DNA of 32,000 nt from an uncultured archaeon (lineage in GTDB: Archaea; Iainarchaeota; Iainarchaeia; Iainarchaeales; JAAZKV01), in NCBI GenBank assembly GCA_964551375.1, contig CAZKBG010000001.1, forward strand, positions 630,001 through 662,000, read 5' to 3'. Of this stretch, positions 26,225-32,000 are shown one piece after another. The stretch's first letter is position 1. Every line of letters starts with the position of its first letter. Below the pieces are notes generated by a model. It did not search any database. It was not told where the DNA came from and saw only the letters and a list, made by a program, of their open reading frames with translations. Position numbers and translations under genes: made by a program.

Positions 26225-28279
26225 ATGCTCACTTCACTTACACTAAAAAACTGGCGAACGCACAGAGAAACCACGCTTGAATTTGGAAAAGGCACTAATG
26301 TAATTGTAGGAGTAATGGGAAGCGGAAAGAGCTCAATAGTAAATGCTATTAGCTACGCGCTGTTTGGAACATTCCCTGCAGTGAAAGGAAGAAGCGTATC
26401 GCTTGAAGAAGTAATTATGAACAAGCCAAACGAACAGGCAAGAGCTGAAACTATTATTGAATTCACACAGGAAGAGAACAAGTACAGAGTTGAAAGAATA
26501 ATAAAACGAGACGGAACAAACGAAGCAAAATTATACGAAAATAATAAACTTGCCGCCGGACCAAAACAAAAAGATGTAAATGAACGCGTGGAAAAACTCC
26601 TCGGGCTTAATTATGAACTCTTCAGCAGAGCGGTGTACGCCGAGCAAAACGAACTTGACTTTTTTTTAAAACTTTCCCCATCTGAGCGAAAGAAAAAGTT
26701 TGACGAACTTCTTGATTTGGCAAAATATGAAGATGCGCGCAAGAACTCAACCACTCTTCAAAACGAACTTGTAAAAGAAAACAAACAGAGAAAGGAATCA
26801 ATTGAACAGCAGAAGCGAACTATTCACAGCCATGAAGAAGACAAACTTGCAAAACAAATCAAGGAAGAAGAAGAGGCAATTAAACAAATAGAACACGAAT
26901 TAACAGGGCTTAAAAAAGCAATTGAGCAAACTGAAAAAGAATACAAACAATTATGCGAGACTGAAAAACAGAACAAAACGCTTGAAGATTTGATTCTAAA
27001 AACAACCTCGAGAATTGAGGGTCTCAAAGAGGATATTTCAAAAGGCGAGAAAATCAATCTTGCTGAAATAAAAACAAAAATTGAACACCTGACAAAAGAA
27101 GCCCTAAGAGCAAAAGAAGCATATCTTCAGTTTGAAAAAGAGCAGAAAGAATACGAAAATTCCTCAAAAAAAATAGGAGAAGAAATTAAAGTCCTTGAAT
27201 ATGAAAAAGACAGGCAAAATAGAGAAGAAAAATCAATCAAGGGCTTAACCGGCAAATGCCCCACATGCAAACAAGAGCTCAACGAAGCGCACAAACACTC
27301 AATTACAAGCGAAATAACCTCTCAAATAAAAAAAATTGATTCTGAACTTGTTGAATTAATGAAAAAAAAGAAAGAATTTGCAGCAAAAACAACAGAATGC
27401 GAAAAACAAAAAAACAGCGCAAGAAATGTGCAAGATGAGGCAAACAAGGAAATTTACAAACTTGAAGCAACGCAAAAAGAAGCGCATGCAATTGAAGAAA
27501 AGAAAAAGCAACTGCATCTGCTCGGCGAAGAACTGCCAAAAATAAAAAAAATGCTTGCTGACACCGGATTTGACAAGAAAAAGCTTGACAACACGCGCGA
27601 CGAACTTTACAAAAAGAAAAGCGAAATAGCTGTCGGGGAAACAAAAATAAAATCAAAAATAGAGCTGAAAAGAAGCTATGAACTAACGCTGGCAAAAATC
27701 GCTGAAATTAAGAAAAACATAATTGAGCAGGAAAAACAAATGATTAATGTCGAAGAAGCAACAAAAAATATAGGGATATTTGCAAACTGCCTTAGCGCAA
27801 CACAGGTTGAACTAAGAAGCTCGATGATTGAAACAATAAACTCCGCAATGAACATGATTTGGAGCGCGGTTTACCCGTACAAAGACTTCACTGATGCGCG
27901 ACTTAGCGTTGTTGAAGGCGGATATGATCTTGAAGTAAAAACAAGAAACGACAAATGGGTAAGAGTTGAAGGAATACTATCAGGCGGAGAGAGAAGCGCC
28001 GCAGCGCTTTGCATTAGAATCGCATTTGCGCTTGTGCTGACTAAGAAACTTTCAATGCTTATACTTGACGAGCCCACCCACAACCTTGATTCAAATGCAG
28101 TGCTCAAACTTAGCGCAATGCTTCGCGACGATTTGCCAAAGCTTGTTGAACAAATATTTATTATCACTCATGATAAAGAACTCGAGGCTGCTGCATCAAG
28201 CAACTTATACCTGCTCACAAGAAACAAAGACATTGACGAATCAACAAGAGCTGAAGCGCTTAATGCGAATTACAAATAG
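26225..28279 (+). CDS. rad50: Rad50-like SMC-family ATPase
   Basis: Walker A VGVMGSGKSSIVNAI, AVYAEQNELDFFL, zinc hook GKCPTCKQEL, signature LSGGERSAAALCIRIAFA, Walker B MLILDEPTHNLDSN. Confidence 0.9.
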   Translation: MLTSLTLKNWRTHRETTLEFGKGTNVIVGVMGSGKSSIVNAISYALFGTFPAVKGRSVSLEEVIMNKPNEQARAETIIEFTQEENKYRVERIIKRDGTNEAKLYENNKLAAGPKQKDVNERVEKLLGLNYELFSRAVYAEQNELDFFLKLSPSERKKKFDELLDLAKYEDARKNSTTLQNELVKENKQRKESIEQQKRTIHSHEEDKLAKQIKEEEEAIKQIEHELTGLKKAIEQTEKEYKQLCETEKQNKTLEDLILKTTSRIEGLKEDISKGEKINLAEIKTKIEHLTKEALRAKEAYLQFEKEQKEYENSSKKIGEEIKVLEYEKDRQNREEKSIKGLTGKCPTCKQELNEAHKHSITSEITSQIKKIDSELVELMKKKKEFAAKTTECEKQKNSARNVQDEANKEIYKLEATQKEAHAIEEKKKQLHLLGEELPKIKKMLADTGFDKKKLDNTRDELYKKKSEIAVGETKIKSKIELKRSYELTLAKIAEIKKNIIEQEKQMINVEEATKNIGIFANCLSATQVELRSSMIETINSAMNMIWSAVYPYKDFTDARLSVVEGGYDLEVKTRNDKWVRVEGILSGGERSAAALCIRIAFALVLTKKLSMLILDEPTHNLDSNAVLKLSAMLRDDLPKLVEQIFIITHDKELEAAASSNLYLLTRNKDIDESTRAEALNANYK

Positions 28280-28346
28280 ACGCGGCGAGATGAAAAATAT
28301 TTATTAAAAAAAGCACTAAAATTAGAAAAAGAAATAATTGGAAGCA

Positions 28347-28553
28347 TTAATTTAATTTTTCTGCTTCCTTTCTCTTAGCAAGTCTGCAAATGTAACCAGC
28401 AAGAATATTTCTTGTAACTTTTGAAAGCTTTAAATCCTTCATTTCATCAAGATGCTTCTTGTTGTTGTCAAACTTATCGTTGAATTTTTCAGGGAACTCT
28501 TCAAGAAGAACTTCTCCCTTGTACTTTGTACCCTTTGCGATAGACTTTCCCAT
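28347..28553 (-). CDS. rps17e: Ribosomal protein eS17
   Basis: LLEEFPEKFNDKFDNNKKHLDEMKDLKLSKVTRNILAGYICRLAKR. Confidence 0.87.
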   Translation of the reverse strand: MGKSIAKGTKYKGEVLLEEFPEKFNDKFDNNKKHLDEMKDLKLSKVTRNILAGYICRLAKRKEAEKLN

Positions 28554-28566
28554 TAAATCACCAAAA

Positions 28567-28776
28567 TTAATCGAACAATTCCACTCTTTTATTTAATCCG
28601 TTAGGAAACTTCCTTAAAATTGACAAAGGAAGAACCTTCTGATTAAATTCTTTTTCTGCAACTTCAAGCATTGAAAGTTCGCTAGTCCTTTTAACCAAAG
28701 GAGGCGCGCCCAAAGATAATTGAAGAGCTCTTGCAGAAAGCACTCTAGTAAGTTCAAATCTAGTCAACCTGCTCAT
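28567..28776 (-). CDS. rpoK: DNA-directed RNA polymerase subunit K (Rpb6/omega family)
   Basis: LTRFELTRVLSARALQLSLGAPPLVK...LEVAEKEFNQKVLPLSILRKFPNG. Start set to the internal Met (28776); the ORF track begins at 28809. Confidence 0.87.
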   Translation of the reverse strand: MSRLTRFELTRVLSARALQLSLGAPPLVKRTSELSMLEVAEKEFNQKVLPLSILRKFPNGLNKRVELFD

Positions 28777-28876
28777 TTTCCCACCAGTATAATACTTCTC
28801 ATAAAGCAACCTTTAAAAGCGTTCCCAAAACACTAAAAAAAGGGAAAACCGCCAAAATAAGCTATTTTAACTAATT

Positions 28877-30475
28877 TTAGGCAAAACCAAGAGCGCGTTT
28901 TGTTGCAAAACCAGCTACCTGCGGCTGGGGGAGATTGGTTTTAGACGCAAAATCCTTTGCAAGCTTTAGAGACGCATGCCCTTTTACAAAAGCATTAGTT
29001 GAATTCGCATGAAGAACCCTATATCCCGCACTTTCGGAGAACTCCTTAAACTTTGCAATAGTAGCATCCTGAATTGAAACAATATTTTTTGCGAGAACTG
29101 TTGAGAAAAACTTTGAATTGGGATTAGTTAATTGAACCGGAATGCCTGACAACGCAATTGAAAGGGAAGAATAGAGTGAATTAAAATAATAAAAAGAAAA
29201 ATTCGGGCTTGTAAATAAATTCTGAGCAACTTGATCCATTCTTTTTCGCAAGCCGAACAAAAACGAGCTTGAAGAGCGCACCTCTTTTGAAAAAAAGCTT
29301 TCCTTATTCAAACAAAACCAGTTTAATTCATGAATGCTTTCTCTATTTTTTGAATTTTCTGCTGTTTCAAAATCTTTGCTTGAAACAAGCACTGCCTTTC
29401 CCTGAGAAATTAACCTCTTCGCATCCATTAAAGGAATACTTTTTGAATCCTCCCTAAAAAACGGGCCAACAGGAAAAGAACTTGTGAAAAACTCTTTTCG
29501 CTTTGAAATTCTCTGCTCTTTAAACGGCATTTCATTATGAAAATCAAGCGAAAAGTTTGAAGAAATTGATTCAAAGAATAAATTATCCTCCAAAAATCTG
29601 ACTTTTATTAATGAAGAGGGAAGCAAATTCTTCGCATCAAGAACAACAGGCGAACAGCATGAACAATTTTTTGTTTCAGGACCGATGTTAAAAAAAGTGC
29701 TTGTGAAGAGCTCTGCCCAAACTAATGAAAAGTCAAGTTTGGACAAAGACTCCCCGCCAAGCGGCTCAAACCCCAATCCCGAATACACTCTCTTAGATTC
29801 TTCAAAAGAAACAAGCTCGCCGTTTTTGAAAAATATATTCTCTATAAATATCTCAATTCGCGAGTCTTTATCCTTTGGCACTAATTCCATCGGAACAGCA
29901 AGCAAGTTACTCCAAGAAGCAAGCTCAACCAAATACAAAGCATCATCTTTACTCACATTCATAGCTTCAGAAAAAGGAATCTCCTTAGTAAGGAAGAACC
30001 CCAAATCAACTTCAGCCGATTTTTCGCTTCCCTGCGAAGATAAATCAATTTTAAAAAAAGAATTGCCTGATTTTTCAAAAGAATCAAAATAACTCCAGTT
30101 TTTTGAAATCAAAAAAGCGCGCTCTGGCTGGGGAACAAGAGGAAGCTTTCCAATATGCCGAGCAAGCGCGTTGGATATTTTTTTTAATTCTGAAAAAGAC
30201 AGCGCTTTAAGGCAAAACATGCCTCCCTCTTCTTCAAGGCTGAACCCCTTAAAGCCAAGGGAGAGAATCAGATCCTCAAGCTTGTCTTTTTCAAAACTAA
30301 ACGAAATCCTGGTGAAAGGAAAGAACTTGTGCCTCTCTACAACACGAGAAGATGAGTTGCTAAACTCAACCAAAACCTCATGCCTTGATTCAAGGTATGA
30401 AACCTTGGTTAAGTAAAATAGTCGCGCAAGCGGATTATTATCAGCGCCGAAAAAGGCATCTTTGTGTTGGGACAT
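28877..30475 (-). CDS. Truncated, catalytically inactivated family B DNA polymerase homolog (proposed)
   Basis: Motif A-like PVVLDAKNLLPSSLI (cf. VVLDFxSLYPSII), motif B-like YYFNSLYSS (cf. KxxxNSxYG), motif C-like GYRVLHANSTNAFV (cf. GYxVIYGDTDSLFV), in the correct order with plausible spacing; C-terminal LAKDF...PQPQVAGFATKRALGFA resembles the PolB palm end. Confidence 0.62.
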   Translation of the reverse strand: MSQHKDAFFGADNNPLARLFYLTKVSYLESRHEVLVEFSNSSSRVVERHKFFPFTRISFSFEKDKLEDLILSLGFKGFSLEEEGGMFCLKALSFSELKKISNALARHIGKLPLVPQPERAFLISKNWSYFDSFEKSGNSFFKIDLSSQGSEKSAEVDLGFFLTKEIPFSEAMNVSKDDALYLVELASWSNLLAVPMELVPKDKDSRIEIFIENIFFKNGELVSFEESKRVYSGLGFEPLGGESLSKLDFSLVWAELFTSTFFNIGPETKNCSCCSPVVLDAKNLLPSSLIKVRFLEDNLFFESISSNFSLDFHNEMPFKEQRISKRKEFFTSSFPVGPFFREDSKSIPLMDAKRLISQGKAVLVSSKDFETAENSKNRESIHELNWFCLNKESFFSKEVRSSSSFLFGLRKRMDQVAQNLFTSPNFSFYYFNSLYSSLSIALSGIPVQLTNPNSKFFSTVLAKNIVSIQDATIAKFKEFSESAGYRVLHANSTNAFVKGHASLKLAKDFASKTNLPQPQVAGFATKRALGFA

Positions 30476-30557
30476 TAGGAGGATGTTTTTTCCCCAATTT
30501 AAGTACTATTTGGAAGTATTTTGCCGGTGAGCAGATAAAACTGACAACTATACTAAA

Positions 30558-31577
30558 TTAAAGCTCATTAACAAAACAGCGAACCCCGCCGCCCGCAGCG
30601 CGATTTGCCCTAAGCGCAACAGGGGTAGGAATTACGGTTACTCCATTTGATTTTAGAAGTTCAATAGTTCTCTTTGCTTCTTTATCAACCATCACAGTAT
30701 TTTCGCCAAGAACCAAAAAGTTTGCTGGATAAATTGAAGCTTCTTCTTTAGGAACTGTAATAATTTTTGCCCCTGCTTGTTTTGCCGCAGCAGAAATAGC
30801 CCCTTGATTTTCTCTTAAGAAAAATTCATCAACAAGCATTATCTTCCCAGCTCTTCCGACAAATAAATCAGGATGATCAATATTTCGAAAAACTTTCTTT
30901 CCGACCATTTTTGACAAGTTATGCATTTCCTGCCAGCCGTCCTTTACAAAATAAAACATCATTCCTTCAGAAGCCAATCTTTTTACTGTAGGGGAATTTC
31001 GAAGATTTGCCGAAACAATCATCTGCTTCTCTCCTACTTGAACTACCTGCCCGCCTTCTCCAAAATTGTCAGGAGCGAACAGAGAATTATTTGGTTTGAA
31101 TCTTTTTTTTCCATGCTTAATCCAAAGATCCCTTGTCCAAAGAGCAGCAGGATCCACTGCAGGAACGCTGTTAATTTTTCCCATCTCATTTGCTTTTGCT
31201 TTGAAAACTTTAGCACTTCCTGAAACGCGTTTTAGAATAGCATCCTCGCTGAAAAAATACTTTGGAACAGCAATTTTGAATCCAAGCGAATTAAGTTTTT
31301 TAATAACAGCAATTCTTTCCGCGCTCACACGCCACACGGCTTTAGGATGATTTACAACAAACCCCATCATTGAAAATCCTGCAAAAAGATCTCCCTTCAT
31401 TCTTGTTGAATCAAGAAAAATTCCTTCTTTTGCATGGCGAACCCCTGTTAATCCCTGAAAAGACTTTGGATTTAATTGAGGAGTTCTGCCAGAACGATAA
31501 TCAGCGTATGCGCGCGTTTCCATATCAGGCTTTCTTCCAAGAGCCACTACAAAACGCTTTTTTGCATTAGGATTCAT
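30558..31577 (-). CDS. Pentein-fold guanidino-group-modifying enzyme homolog (arginine deiminase/amidinotransferase/DDAH-like)
   Basis: ALWTRDLWIKHG, NFGEGGQVVQVG, NIDHPDLFVGRAGKIMLVDE and terminal AAGGGVRCFVNEL with the expected catalytic Cys context. Confidence 0.75.
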   Translation of the reverse strand: MNPNAKKRFVVALGRKPDMETRAYADYRSGRTPQLNPKSFQGLTGVRHAKEGIFLDSTRMKGDLFAGFSMMGFVVNHPKAVWRVSAERIAVIKKLNSLGFKIAVPKYFFSEDAILKRVSGSAKVFKAKANEMGKINSVPAVDPAALWTRDLWIKHGKKRFKPNNSLFAPDNFGEGGQVVQVGEKQMIVSANLRNSPTVKRLASEGMMFYFVKDGWQEMHNLSKMVGKKVFRNIDHPDLFVGRAGKIMLVDEFFLRENQGAISAAAKQAGAKIITVPKEEASIYPANFLVLGENTVMVDKEAKRTIELLKSNGVTVIPTPVALRANRAAGGGVRCFVNEL

Positions 31578-31586
31578 CGCTACACT

Positions 31587-32000
31587 TCACAAAAATGAAT
31601 TAATTTCATCCTCTTTAGCCTTATCATCCGCGCTGAATGCTTTTGCAGCGTCCTCTAAATTTGTTTCATGCCTGCTTGGCTGGGACTTTCTCTTTCGCAC
31701 TTTAAAAAAAGTAGGAGCGTTAACTGCCTCTCCAACAATTAGGGCTTCCCCAACCCTTAGAGAAGAAATTATTCCAATGCTTGTCTTATCCAAACCCTCG
31801 CTTGACTGGGAAATATGATCCAAATCGTAAGGATTTGTTATTCTTAGAATTACATTTGTGTTGCAATTTGCAAGAGTTGTGGTGTCAAGCCTTTTTGGGC
31901 GCTGGGAAATTACTACAAGAGATGCTCCAAACTTTCTCCCTTCCCTTGCAATTGTCCTCAAGTACGACCTTGCCACCGCATGCTCTGCAGCAGTTCCTTC
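31587..32000 (-). CDS. herA: HerA-like DNA translocase ATPase, C-terminal part, open through the right window edge
   Basis: ARSYLRTIAREGRKFGASLVVISQRPKRLDTTTLANCNTNVILRITNPYDLDHI; frame continues open to base 32000 (EGTAAEHAVARSYL...). Confidence 0.85.
   Translation of the reverse strand, partial: EGTAAEHAVARSYLRTIAREGRKFGASLVVISQRPKRLDTTTLANCNTNVILRITNPYDLDHISQSSEGLDKTSIGIISSLRVGEALIVGEAVNAPTFFKVRKRKSQPSRHETNLEDAAKAFSADDKAKEDEINSFL

Noticed and set aside
27303-27695. 130-aa minus-strand ORF opposite the Rad50 coiled coil
   Set aside because: Leu/Phe-rich antisense translation of a charged coiled coil, a well-known artefact.
29269-30416. Plus-strand ORFs opposite the PolB-like gene (29269..29457, 29685..30092, 30171..30416)
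   Set aside because: I considered whether the plus strand might be the real coding strand. The minus frame is much longer, uninterrupted and carries ordered PolB-like motifs, so the plus ORFs are shadows.
28877-30475. Treating the 532-aa ORF as a recent pseudogene of PolB
   Set aside because: No internal stop or frameshift over 532 codons; degradation is concentrated at catalytic residues while surrounding hydrophobic pattern is kept.
1-32000. CRISPR arrays, transposons, integrases, toxin-antitoxin pairs or prophage genes
   Set aside because: Looked for and not seen: no regularly spaced repeats, no transposase or integrase motifs, no flanking terminal repeats. The tRNA-Arg is not followed by an integrase or a repeated tRNA 3' end that I can detect.

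Overview
Gene-dense archaeal chromosome segment. The archaeal call rests on archaeal-type ProRS, pelota, ABCE1, RpoK, eS17, aEF1B, Taw3, archaeal CCA enzyme, HerA and Rad50; a DPANN-like host is only an inference. I see no CRISPR array, transposase, integrase or rRNA. The window holds: (1) thrS and proS; (2) a large type IV-like pilus locus (~3.9-15.3 kb) with a secretion ATPase, two TadC/FlaJ-like membrane proteins, several small class III (Q+1/E+5) pilins, an A24 prepilin peptidase, an OB-fold protein, a TctA-like (DUF112) membrane protein, a JAMM peptidase, and a four-gene minor-pilin cassette ending in a membrane-anchored LamG protein; (3) ABCE1, Nudix and pelota; (4) a divergent Elp3, a Hjc-like membrane endonuclease, Taw3, an orphan secretion ATPase, the CCA enzyme, DUF1653 and tRNA-Arg(UCG); (5) a Zn-ribbon protein, aEF1B, Rad50, eS17 and RpoK; (6) an intact 532-aa ORF that reads as a truncated, catalytically inactivated family B DNA polymerase homolog (my strongest oddity), followed by a pentein-fold enzyme and a right-edge HerA fragment. 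All product calls come from motif recognition by eye; no database search was run.
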